DNA of 64,000 nucleotides, from positions 31,502 to 95,501 of the forward strand of contig MU619289.1 in the NCBI GenBank assembly GCA_025201805.1, written 5' to 3'. This stretch comes from Parasitella parasitica NRRL 2501. Lineage: Eukaryota > Fungi > Mucoromycota. Shown here piece after piece: positions 1 through 12,462 of this stretch. The notes under the pieces were generated by a model. That model had not been told where the DNA came from, ran no database searches, and worked only from the letters and a program-made list of their open reading frames with translations. The position numbers were made by a program, and so were the translations under genes. Position 1 is the stretch's first letter, and the number at the start of each line of letters is the position of its first letter.

Positions 1-863
1 CAAACATCTATGGCGGTAAAGGCATCACTCCACAGAATGGTGTTGCAGGCGCATTCCTCATTGTGCTGGGCCTCTACTTGCTGGTGTTTGGGTTCAGATC
101 TTTCAGGATTACACTGGGCGTGTGTGGTTTCTTGACTTTCGGCCTGATTACGTGGGTGGCAATGGCCAATAACCAACCTGTCTACGGTTATATCAACCAT
201 GACATTACCATCATAGCTGTTCCTGCTGGGCTAGGTGTATTGGGCGCTATCATTTACGCTGTCTTTTGGAACATTTCAATCTATTTAGTTGGAGGTAAAT
301 AGCAAGCCAGACATAGCCTGCTTCTACAGGTCTCAAGGCATTTCCTGACTAATTATAATACCTGTGTAGCTCTTGGTGGATTCACAATGGCCATGTATAT
401 CCTGTGCTGCAAGGCAAACTTGCTGATTACTCAAGCGGTTGCCAGAGCAGCACTCTTGATTGCATTGTCGTTCTTCATGTCCTTTATCACCTTTTTTGCC
501 GAGCGCTACGTTTTGCTTTTCACGTTTGCATTTGCGGGGTCGTACTGCTTTATCGTTGGCATTGACTTTTTGGCACATACAGGCTATCTGGCTGGTGCAA
601 AATCCATCCTGGACGGAAACCAGTATCACAAGGTTGTCTATGCATTGACAAGGAATGTCATCATTTTGATCGCATTCATACCCATAATATTTGCAATTTC
701 CTTTGGCTGGCAATTCATGTACAACAGGGGCCAGATGTTTGGCGTTGTGTTTACTGCTCCAGCGCCCAAAGACGGTCATAAAGCAGCAGCAGCAGCGCCA
801 TCAGAAGAGCATGGAGAGCCTGCGCCTGTTGTAGATGAGAGCCAAGCACACACAAAAGAATAA
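1..863 (+). CDS. DUF4203 / TMEM198-TM7SF3-like multi-pass membrane protein, 5' end outside window
   Basis: ORFs 63-302 and 387-863 joined by GT-AG intron 295-369; Gly-rich TM helices 'LGLYLLVFGFRSFR..GFLTFG' and 'FAGSYCFIVGIDF' typical of DUF4203. Confidence 0.75.
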
Positions 864-1341
864 AGTTTGTACAATACGCCGTGCTTCCCAATTACTGTCG
901 CTGGCTAAATCATAATCGATGCTTAAAAAACCGCATTTTTACATGGATAAAAGCAATACCAAGGCGAGAGGCTGGCTAGCTGCCTCCTAAAAACCTCTTC
1001 TGTTGTATTTGTTGTAATTGTTGCTATATTTTAAAATCTTGGACTTGCGATATTGATTTTTCATGATTGGGCTGGCTGCGACATTTTTGCACTGTAATTT
1101 GTGGGGTAAACTAGGCAGGTTAACCATTTATCCATAGTGTGTGAAGCTTGAGTAATCATGATTATGATTGGATCAGTTCATTCTAAAACTGTTTTCCTGT
1201 TATTCTTTCTGTTTTGTTCTCTCTTCTTCGCTTTTATCCCAAGTATATACATAAAACAAAAAAACAAAAAAACAAAAAAAAAAAAAAAGAGTGAAAACTA
1301 AAACCAAAAAAAAAAAATAAAAACAAAAAAAACAAAACAAA

Positions 1342-3126
1342 ATGTCGCCAACCTCAACCGTACAACAGCAAAAGGTTCCTCAACGAAAAAAGAAGGCTGC
1401 CAGAGCCTGCGTTCATTGTCAAAAGGTATGTACACTTGTCAAGATAACCAAGCGAGAGCCCGGATTACTGATAAAATGTCATTTTGTAGGCGCATTTAAC
1501 CTGCGATGATTGTAAGTTTTCGGTATATCCAAGTATATAGTTTGTGACTCATTGGCTAACCGAGAGTGTCTAATAATAGCTCGACCATGTCAAAGATGTA
1601 TAAAGAGGGATTTAGCAAACACATGCACTGACGGCGCAAGAAAAAAAGCGAAATATCTCCAAGATGCAGAAGGTACGTATAACAAGTCATACATGCCTGT
1701 TGAATTCGATCTAACCAGAGAACGTAGACGACATGAGTTGCACATCGAGCGAATCAAGATATGCACCTGCTCCTAGTCAGCAATTAATGGATACATTCAA
1801 TTCGAACCCACATCAGTCGTCATTTCTGAATGGAGGTACAGTACGCTTAATAAGCTGCACTCGACCATAGATTCACTGATAGCATGTACCTTTACAGCCA
1901 ACCTTATCGACCCTAATCAATTGCTAGGCCTGGATGACAACAACAACAACAACAGCAATCTTAACTATGGATTTGGATCGAATGCAGCCAATCTTGAATA
2001 TTCAATCTTATCAAATATGCTAGGGTCTCCTCAATTTATAGACAATTCACAAAGCAAAAGTTGGAACGAAAATACTAATAATAACGATACCCAAAACACA
2101 CCAACATCTACTGCATCAACACCCGCCTATACGCCTAATTTAGTAGGCGATCCTATTTTATACTCACCTCAACTGCATTCTGATCCAGCAACTTTTGCTA
2201 TTGCAAAACTAGATCAAAGCCCTAAATCAAATCTGGTGCTTACTCCACCACCTTCGTTTAAAAAGAACCACTTTCAGCAGCAGCAGCAGCAGAGAAATGG
2301 ATACAGCAATGCGTCGAAACCATTCAGTTATGCGGATGGGTATCACTATCTTATCAACTATGTGAGACAAAAGTAAGTTCACGAGTGATTACGGCTTTTT
2401 GTGGATGTATGTGACTCTAATTCATTCACTATAGAATGGGAAGGGACGAATTGATGAGGATCAGTAAAGCATTGGCACTGTTCAGGCCTTCCGTATTGGC
2501 ATCCATGATGAACTTGACAGAAGATGATCTAATTTTCACCGAGAAATGCTTGCAGAGAACTCTATTGGTAAATTTGCCGCAAATTATATTTTACTAAACA
2601 TGGAAAATCTTAACCCTTGAGTCATTTAGGAATATGAAAAATTGATCACTTATTCCGGTACACCTACTGTTGTATGGAGGAGAACTGGCGAAATCGCATT
2701 GGTTGGCAAAGAATTCTCGCTTTTAACGCAGTGGTCGAGAGATGCGATATTAAGCAAAAAGACCTATATTTATGAGGTATGTACGATTGAGCATACGTTA
2801 CTATAAAACTCACAGAATCCTAACTTTTACTTTTTTTTTTTTTTTTTTAGCTGATGAGCGATCCCTCTGCTGTCGAGTACTGGGAAAAATATGCGCTGCA
2901 TGCATTTGACAATACAGATTCAGCTGTATATAGTTCTTGCATTCTAATGAGCCCTACAAAGAGAGTGGTACCCTGCACTTTTTGTTTCACGATCAAGCGT
3001 GACATTTTTGATTTACCTAGTGTGATAGTTGGCAACGTAAGTTTTTGACATTTTCAGTTACATATACATATATACTTTTCTAACACCAACAATTTTGTTG
3101 AACAGTTTCTTCCTATCCTCAGTTAA
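1342..3126 (+). CDS. ERT1: Zn(II)2Cys6 transcription factor with C-terminal PAS fold, ERT1/AcuK (gluconeogenesis regulator) family; multi-exon
   Basis: Spliced N-terminus [42 protein letters not shown]; C-terminus [13 protein letters not shown]...[26 protein letters not shown]. Confidence 0.85.
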
Positions 3127-3176
3127 GCCCTTTAGATTTATCAATAAATTATTTATACAAAGCATTTGGGTTTTAT

Positions 3177-5307
3177 TTAAAAGTGTTGAGACATACTATT
3201 CTCATTGTATAGATTACCCACTTCTTGTATCTCAAGCCTTTGCTGAATTTTCGCTTTTAGCTTTTCATTAGGAGTACTTGCTCTGATATTTAGAGACCTA
3301 TTGATGAATTCCAGAGCCTCTTGATAACATTCAAGCTCACAAAGAACCTCAGCCATTGTAGCCAACACAATAGGGTGTCTAGGATGCAATCTTACCGCTT
3401 CGTTCAAGAGAGTTTTAGCCTGTGTGTATTCCTCCATGCCCTGGTACGCAGTAGCCATGCCATACCATCCGATATACGATCGCTTGTTGGCAATCATGCT
3501 CTTTGAAAAGTGCTGCTTGGCACCTAGACTGTTCCCCTTTTCCCATTCTTCGTAGCCCAGCAAGGCATGTCCATACGATCGAGATGGATCCAGCTTGACA
3601 GCTTTTTGAAACCACTGTGTAGCTTCGTTACCGCCTTTAACGCATTTAGCCCAGTTGCCAGCAGCAACGTATGCTTCAAACAGATGAGACCGATTATCCT
3701 TCATTTTGAATGCTAGTAAATTGAGTTCTTTTTCCTTTTCCAAGTACCATAGACACGTTGAATAAATGGGCACGCATTCACAAAACCAAGGCGCAATGAC
3801 AAACGATTGCTTGAAAAAGGCTCGAGCGCTCGTGTAATCTCCTGCGTCGTAGTAGGCTTTTCCAAGAATACACAAGACACGGGCTGAATTGTATTGCTGA
3901 TCGTCCAGCTGCTGCAATTCAAGAGCTGCATTCTCGCAATCATAGAATGACTGCCGCATATATCCATTGGCCAGGATACAAAGCACCCTCATGATTTTAT
4001 TCATGCCTTCGATGATGCGAGCGTCGGTTTCAGGGCTGTTGGTATGTTGACTACTGTAGGGCGGCGAGAAATAGCTTTCGAGAGCCTGGTATTTCTTCTG
4101 CTTGTTGTTGGCCTTTGCCTTCTTCTTTGGACGTACGCTCTCATCGATCTGCTCTGCTGACTGATTTCTCACCAATCGAGGGGGTATATTGTGCTGAATC
4201 GACTCGTAGATTATCTTTTCCTCGGCGTAATTGACATCGTTTTCGTCGTTTTGGGCCAAATCTACTTTGAGTTTTTGAGGCGCTTGCACAGGCGGTTTTT
4301 TATGCAAGCCATGCTTGTTTCTGTAGGCTTCACTGACTTTCATCTGCTTGATGTCGCTTTTTATGCTGCCGAGAATGAAGTCCTTTTTGTGCTCAATGTC
4401 GCCCCTCTCATATTCGTCGCTGATATTCTCGTTGTTTTCATGGATTACCTTGGATGACAATCGCACAAGGGCTCGCAGCTGATCTACCGAGGTGTCATGG
4501 TATTCGTCTCTTAGCTCAGGCATCGACCAGGTATTCTTTTTGACCAAAGACGACGTCAGTTCGTTGTGAAATGAGATGCCTGACAAATCGAGCGATGGAG
4601 TGGCGGGCAAATAAGACTGCGATGATCGTGAAAGGTCAGTTGTGGCAGGATCAAAGTTTGTGAATATATCTTTGGGCAACTTTGCTGCTTTGAAATCTAT
4701 GTTGTCAGGCGCAATCTCACACAGTTTCATGTAGGCAGATAGTTTGTACGGATTTGACTTTAAGCAATCCCAGTAGTAGATAGATGCTGCTCGAATGTTG
4801 TCCAGTTTCAAATACAAGTCTCCCATCAAGTTGCATAACGATGCCTTGCTTGGCATGTGATGTCGTATCGTATTGCTCGCCAGCTCTATTTCAAAGATAT
4901 TTTAACAAGTGGCTATCTGTTAATGTGTATCAGCTTTTACCATCTCCCCAGTATGTGTTAGTAGGTAATTCCTTTGAAGAAAAGGCAAGACGGAGCGCTT
5001 GGACACCTTCGTCCCACAATATGCGTTGCTTCTCGTACGATTCTTCACTGTTTCCAAGCTCAAGACAGCTTTTGGCAAACAGGTTCAAGCAAGGGATTGA
5101 TTTCACAGATTTCAATATTGTATAGCTCGCATTGTAATCCAAGGAATGAAATAGACAGCAAGCATACAGAAACTGGTACTGCTGATTCGTATTGTCTATC
5201 GCGTACAGCCTTTCAGAGAGTAGTATTGCATTTTTGTAGTCGCCATCATCCATATCTCGGTAAATCAGGGACATTAATGTCCAAGATTCAATTGAAGTGT
5301 CCTTCAT
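3177..5307 (-). CDS. Cdc27/APC3-like TPR protein (divergent), two exons
   Basis: N-terminal ANAPC3-type 'YKNAILLSERLYA..FLYACCLF'; C-terminal TPRs 'IYSTCLWYL', 'FQKAVKLDP', 'WYGMA'. Confidence 0.75.
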
Positions 5308-5478
5308 TTTGAACTGTAACGGTACAAATAATAAAAAGAGGAAAGTGTGATTAGACTCTCGACTCGCATCTCATTGACTTTTGACTCGATTATCAGTGGC
5401 TTGATGTAACATGTATGCAATACCGTAGACTTAATATTTTGTGTATTTTTCTTTTTTTTTTTTTAACCCTTTTTTGAT

Positions 5479-5869
5479 ATGTCTTCTATTGATAAAAACT
5501 TAATATACCAACCAAGGAGAGCAGACAATGCTACGAAAATAAAGAGACAAGCTGCTGCAAATGCGCTCCAGCAATATTCATTATTAGCGCTACAAGCAAT
5601 CAAAGATGGCGAAGTAATAACAACAACAAAATCATTTATAAAAAAAGAAAAAAAAAGAAAAGACATTAATCAGTTTTTCGCCTAGAGCCCAGCAAAAACA
5701 CGCTTGAAAATGATGCGGTACATATACTTGCCCATGTCGCCTTGATATTCCTTGTATTTACTAATACGCAATCCCTTCTGATAGTGTTTTGACTGATTTA
5801 CCTACAGAGCTACCCAAAGAATCTTATGGTTCCATCAGAAAGAAATCTACAGGCCCCTCTTCACGTTAA
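5479..5869 (+). CDS. Hidden 3-exon small basic hypothetical protein (83 aa)
   Basis: Exons 5479-5613, 5686-5717 and 5785-5869 with GT..AG introns (branch TACTAAT ~5759) total 252 nt in frame. Confidence 0.6.
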
Positions 5870-6113
5870 AAATCGAACCGAAAAGTATCTAGACCTTGGC
5901 TGCATAGCAACCGCTGGAATCTCTTTGTTGTTAATCCCCTCGTTGAAGCTATGTATCCATAGATACCAACAGGATCTCTCCAAGTTGGGCCAATGAAAAC
6001 TATCAGAAAAAAAAATTTCAAGTTTTTTTTATTACAAATTCCATTTGTTTTGTTTCATCCTTTCTCTCTGTTTCGCTGCTTCCTATTTTGATTTACATGC
6101 TTTTTGTAATAAA

Positions 6114-7349
6114 ATGGCATCTTATCATACAGTTCCAGTGGAAGATCAACGCACTTCAGTGCCACTATTTCAGCCCCGGAAATCTCGTTCAGTTTTGGCA
6201 ACGGTGATGCTGACGATTTGCATTGTTACATTTGTTTTGCAGACTGAACTTGCCCAATACGTTCAGAAAACCACCAACTATTCCAAGCCGTATTTTATAC
6301 TGTAAGTCTGCTACATAAAAACATATGTAAAAAGCATGAGAAGCTAAATTTGCTCTTTTATTCTTAGGTACATTAGCCACACATGTTATATATTTATGAT
6401 TCCATTGCAACTGATAGCAGAATATATCCAACACAACCACTCTAAAGATGCCACACTGTATCAGCGATTCATCGATACGGTAAACAAAAGCAAATCATCT
6501 GTGAAAAACTCTCTTCTCGAACTGCAATGCAGAGTTAAAGGAAATCAAACACATCCTCTTGGTTTTGTGATTAAAACAAGCATTTGCCTATCGATTTTGC
6601 TGACTTTGCCGGCCTACATATGGTACCTTAGTGTTAACCTCACTTCCATGTCAAATTTAACTGCCATTTACAACACTGGATGCTTCTTTGCCTACTTGTT
6701 TAGCATTTTGCTGCTGCATGATAGAATTGTGGCCGCCAAGGTAGGTGCGGTCATGCTGTGTATGGCCGGTGTAGTAGCCATGGCTTGTTGGCCTCAAAAG
6801 GAGCTGGATGGTGGACAAGATATACTGGAGGGCAAGACAGTAGGGGGAGACTGGGTCGGCATTGCGATCGCTTCATTCGGTGCTACTTTGTTAGGATTTT
6901 ATGAAGTCTATTACAAAAAGTATGCGTCTCCTTCTGAGCCAACGATTTTGTTTGCTAATACAATCACGGGTATTATTGGCATTGTCACATTTCTGTTCTT
7001 TTGGATACCTCTCCCCTTGCTTCATGTCACTGGGGTTGAAACATTTGAGTTACCAGATCTATCCACTTTTGGATGCATCCTGGCTATTGCTTCTATGAGC
7101 GTCATTTATAATGCCACGTTTATGGCCGTCATTGCGCTTGTGAACCCGGTGTTTGCGGCTGTAGGTGTCATGCTGACTGTGCCTGCTGTAGCTGTTACAG
7201 ACGTGCTCGTTACAGGTGTTATGGTCCCTGCTTCAACTATTGTCGGCAGCGTTTTAATCCTGATTGGTTTCTACATCTTGAATAAGCAAGTAGCGAACGA
7301 AGAGAAAATAGATCAAGATTTATCTTTAGAGGGTCAAGAATATCAGTAA
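6114..7349 (+). CDS. DMT/EamA superfamily (SLC35F-like) transporter
   Basis: About 10 TM helices; 'TAIYNTGCFFAYLFSILLL', 'GFYEVYYKKY', 'AVGVMLTVP'; one intron ~6302-6368. Confidence 0.8.
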
Positions 7350-8041
7350 TTGAAATCTAGACTTTTACTTTTTCCCCAAAAATTAAAAAAATAAACTTCA
7401 AGTAAAATGCAACTTCTATGTACGTCTATCCAGCATTTGAGGAAAACGTAACATGGTATGAAATTATGCGTTTGATGCATTTTCAAGTCTTTGTACCAGC
7501 AGAAAGAAAGACACAATCAATCAGATATGTATGATGAATAATCCTGTATTTTTATTCTACTGGTTCAACTCCAATCATAGTAGATATGATTACTCGGGTA
7601 TATCTACATTGTATTACAAGACTAGATTTTTGTCACCTTTTTAAAACCGACCGTTTTTCTACCTCCATCAATACTACCGCATCCTGCTCTACATTTCAAG
7701 ATATGATCTTATCAATTGTCGCTACTAACATGTATTATAATAATATACTTAATGAAACGATCAACGTTTGAAGTACAATAAAACATCGTTTTGCATCTAG
7801 ATACCAATCTATTGTGCATTATATCACTTTAAAAGATAGGTTTCAGCTTACACACAACCCCGAGTTTAAAGTTTTGATCCAGTTTAGACGTTTGCTATAG
7901 ATTATATCGTATAGTATTATGAAATCTTAATAGAAGCAGAGAACATTGTTTTGTAGAATTGTATCATTGATCTATCTCACGTTCACCCCCAACTATAAAT
8001 TAACTACAATTCCAGGGCCACCAACCCTAGAAACTTCAGAA

Positions 8042-8059
8042 TATCAGATCATCTGATAA
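8042..8059. promoter_or_regulatory. Palindromic double GATA element containing ATCTGATAA (SreA/Fep1-type iron repressor site)
   Basis: TATCAGAT-C-ATCTGATA inverted repeat; ATCTGATAA at 8051-8059 matches the ATCWGATAA consensus, ~430 bp upstream of a siderophore transporter. Confidence 0.6.
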
Positions 8060-8067
8060 TGAGACCG

Positions 8068-8160
<93 letters not shown>
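8068..8160 (+). repeat. Poly(A) homopolymer, 93 nt
   Basis: Uninterrupted A run. Confidence 0.95.
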
Positions 8161-8163
<3 letters not shown>

Positions 8164-8483
8164 AGCACATCTGCAGCTTGTGCAACAGCCCAAATTACAT
8201 CTAATTATCTATTTGGCTGAGGTTTATCTACTACTTTATCGAAATCACGGCTATATATGTCCCTCTTGAGCGTATTTTGTCATTTGTTATGAGCTTATGG
8301 AGTAACGAACATAGAGGAAGTTACAAGGCAACGCGAATGAGTTTCGAATTAGGCTTTCTGAGACTATACTCGTATCACAGTGCACAATGATTTGAGTCTG
8401 TAAAATTATGATTGTATAAATATAGTTTTTCTGCATCTGTGTCATTGTCCTTCTTTCTTTTTTTCAAGCTATCTATATTCACG

Positions 8484-10369
8484 ATGGAAGAAAAGAGTAA
8501 AGTTGAGGTTGACATTGAGAGTATTGTTCGCAACGATAGTCAGGATGAACCTAAAGTTGAGCTTTCCGCTGAAGACGCCCAGAAGGGTGTCAAGGATGTC
8601 GAAGCAGTGACATTGACCTGGTCAAAAGCCTCGCTGATTGCAGTGTTTATCAAGTAAGTCTTTTGTTAACCCTATTTATATATGCAGATAACCCACATAT
8701 TTCCCATCTAGTATTTGGCTCCTCTATTTTGTCAACGCTATGCAATCATCTATTCTTTACAACTTGATCCCCTATGTCACTAGTGATTTCTCGTCACATT
8801 CACTACTTAATGTTATCTACGTTGTTGCAAGTGCCATATCGGCGGCTGTATATATCCCCTTGGCAAAAATCCTGGATGTCTGGGGCAGAGCTGAAGGCTT
8901 CCTTCTCATGGCCACTTTTGCCACTTTGGGTTTGGTTTTGATGGCTGTATGTCAAAATCTCGCAACCTTTTCTGCAGCCTATGTAAGACATCGTATATGT
9001 ACACACTATTTGAATTGCTAACGAAAACATTAGGTATTCTATAGCATTGGCTTTGGAGGTATGACATTTTCCGTAGATGTCATTACAGCCGACTCCTCAA
9101 AGCTGAAGAATCGTGGTTTGGCGTACGCCTTCACGTCTTCTCCATATATCATCACTGCATTTGCTGGTGCTAAGGCAGCAGAAGGCTTCTACTACAACAT
9201 TAGCTGGAGGTGGGGTTTCGGCACCTTTGCTATTGTTTTTCCTATAGTTGCTGCTCCTTTATACTTTATTTTGAAATTCAATCTTCGCAAGGCCCGGAAG
9301 GAACGCAAGGTTGCTCCAGAGGACAGCGGTAGAACATTCCTGCAAAGTGTCTGGCACTTTATCATCGAGTTTGATAGTGAGTAAAGCACATTATGTATAC
9401 ATAGTTTATTAATGCTAACGTAAATCGTGTTGTGCAGTTGTTGGCGTTATCATTTTCTCTGCTGGTCTCACAGTATTCCTACTTCCGTTTAGTATTGCCG
9501 ACAGTGCACCAAATGGTTGGGCTACTGGCTACATTATTGCCATGATTGTCGTTGGCTTCATCGCACTTTTAATTTTCATTGCCTACGAGAAATTCCTGGC
9601 TCCTGTACCACTGTTCAACTTCCAGCTATTATCTGATCGTACGATTATTGGTGTTTGCTTGTTGAACGCAACTTATCAGATCTCGTACTACTGCTGGGCT
9701 AACTATTTTACGTCGTTTCTGCAAGCTGTCAATGATCTCTCGCTGGCCGAAGCTGGTTATGTTGGCAACACATTTGATGTTGTCTCTGGCGTGCTTTTGT
9801 TAGGTGTCGGCTTCTTGATCCGCAGATTCGGTCGCTTCAAATGGCTTCTATACATTGCTGTTCCACTCTACATCTTCGCACAAGGCCTGATGATCTATTT
9901 CCGTCGTCCTAACCAATCTGTTGGATATCTTGTCATGTGTCAAGTCTTTATCTCTATCGGTGGAAGCATTTTTATTATAGTGGCACAGGTCGCTATCTTG
10001 GCTGCTGTTGACCATCAGCATATTGCTGCAGCTCTTGGTCTGCTTTCTGTCATCGGCACTGCCTCGGGTGCTATGGGTGCTACCATTTGTGGTGCTATTT
10101 GGGCAAATACATTCCAATATGCCCTTGCTGAATATCTCCCTGCGGAAGCCATGGACAATTTCGATATGATTTATGAGGATCTGGATACACAATTGAGCTA
10201 CGAAGTCGGAAGCACAGTCAGGTTGGCCATTCAACAAGCTTATGGCTATGCTCAAACAAGGATGCTTGCTGCTGGTACCGGCATCATGGGCTTGTGTATT
10301 ATTTGGGTGTTCTTGATTAGAGACATAAATCTTAAAGAAGTTGCACAAGTCAAGGGTACAGTCTTCTAA
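8484..10369 (+). CDS. Siderophore-iron transporter, MFS SIT/ARN family (MirB-like), 4 exons
   Basis: 'AQKGVKDVEAVTLTWSK', 'YVTSDFSSHSLL', 'AKILDVWGRAEG', 'ADSSKLKNRGLAYAFTSSPY', 'WRWGFG', 'AYGYAQTRML'. Confidence 0.9.
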
Positions 10370-11338
10370 AGTACCTAGCACAAATTTTTTATTCTTGCAC
10401 TATTACTATATAATACACTCGTTTAATACAAAACAGCTTTTTATCACCAAACAAAAAAAAAATAAACTTAATATTCATTAGAACAGAAACTATTGATTAT
10501 AATCTTTTCTGCAAGATGAGATGTCTCGCTTAGTGGTCAATCACAAGGGATATTATTGCCAAGACAAAATGCAAATAGTTAACCTTGTCCACTTTTTATC
10601 CTTTCGGTTAATAGAATCAGAAATGTGTAGCAAGGAAAGGGCACAAAAATCGAATATATTAGTAGCAATCTTTATGTAATCGCTGCAAGCTTAGCGAGAG
10701 CTTCCGATCCATCTTTGTTACTCAAATCGCCACACAAACGGATTTCGAACTTCGGGGAGTTAGGGAGATGTGCCATTACCGCGACTTTTAGTGACACGAT
10801 CATATTTCGATGCATCAATCATATATATTTATCATCATAAACGCAGGTAAAGGTTGGAAGTTCGAAATTCTAGCTACAATCATATGCTAAAGCTATGCAA
10901 TCTTCTGTGCGCGCCCTATCACCTACTTTTCTTTTTCTCACAACACCATCAAGGTAAAATAACTTCACTGAAATGTCTAATTCCGGCATATTATTACCTT
11001 CAATAATTTCAAATAAATTCAGAGTATAGATGACCTGTTCCGACTAATGCATCTTCTAATGAGACACTGCGTTTTTAAGAATTGATCAAACATAGACTAT
11101 TTTTAATGTCTTGCTCATGGCAGTACTTTTTTGTGCTAAAAAAAACCAAGGCTCAGGTGTGTCTAAATTAATTCAATAAACCACAATGCTAAAGAATTTG
11201 CACATATAAACTATCTAAAAGACTGTTCATGGTTATATACACTTATTTATTTTGTCTCTATGATAATAACTACACGTAACCTCATTTAATCACTAGATAG
11301 TATGAAAATGTACCAGACACAATAATACAAATCATAGT

Positions 11339-12462
11339 TTACAATTTGATGACATTCGCTTTTTTGTCGTTTTGTCCAAGATCACCTAATTCCCACTATA
11401 CATGGATTGAAAGATGTATTAGTTACGATTTATGTATACAGACATTGAAACCTACATTATCTTCGATTGTCTTGAGCAAGGAATAGTGTGTGTACTTGGT
11501 CTTATCCTGGCTTGATTTGGATTTAGGATGGAAATCAGGGCCGAAAAGAACTGTGAGGACCTTGTTATTATCAGAAGCGCCGTCATCTTCATCGAATGTG
11601 AGCACAAACATTGTGTTTTCATTGAAAGCTTTCTGCTTGATGCGATTAGAAAGAAACTTTTTTAACCAGTTGGCGCCAAATTGCATATTAGTATCGTGGG
11701 CATCATTGTCAATCTACATGAATGTATGTATATGTACATGAAAAATGAGTATAACTCTTCAAGTAGACATGCATACAATATTTGAGACTTACGTTGGGCG
11801 TATAGAATACAAATTGAGGGACACTGTTACTGGCGATATCTTTGTCTAATTGCTTGGAATTGACGATTTTAGCACATCGCTTTTTATCCGTTGATATATT
11901 CTTGAAAGACATAAAGGGATTGTGTTTTCTAGCATATTTATCGATATCCATTTTCTTGTTACAGTTGCCAGGATAGTCTTCTTGGTAGCTTTTCCATGAA
12001 ACGCCCTTGGCCTCTAAAAGGTCAACGATATTCTTGCGATCAATGTTTGACTCATCATCCTCTTTAGTGCCTTTGGTAGACCCGCTGATCATGGCAATCT
12101 ATACAAATCATTTTGTTGAATCAACAGCAATTCCTAAAGGCATGTCACTGAAATGTATATGTACTTACATAGTTTGGCTGGGATGGATGTGTGGTAGCAA
12201 GGTAGTTGGTCAGCATAATACCGTTTCCATATGCCTTGTTGAGGCCTTGTAAAAACTTGTTTTTATACGCAACCCCGTAGTCTTGATTCTCCATAACGAT
12301 AATAACTACACGGTCAAAGAACTTGCCTTTCTTAATTGACGAGCCAGAAGAAGGAGACACAAGAGAAGTTTCGTTGGATTTCTTTGCAACAGGCCGAGCC
12401 ACGCATGCTTGATAAAATACAAACAAAATGATGCTGAGGAGCGATAGAAGACGAGATTGCAT
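11339..12462 (-). CDS. Secreted phosphoesterase-family acid phosphatase (PhoA-like), 4 exons
   Basis: Signal peptide; 'IIVMENQDY', 'THPSQPNY', 'YARKHNPF', 'NDAHDT', 'LTFDED', 'YTHYSLLKTIEDNW'. Confidence 0.9.

Noticed and set aside
8068-8160. Poly(A) as a retroposon tail
   Set aside because: No TSD or upstream LINE/SINE body visible
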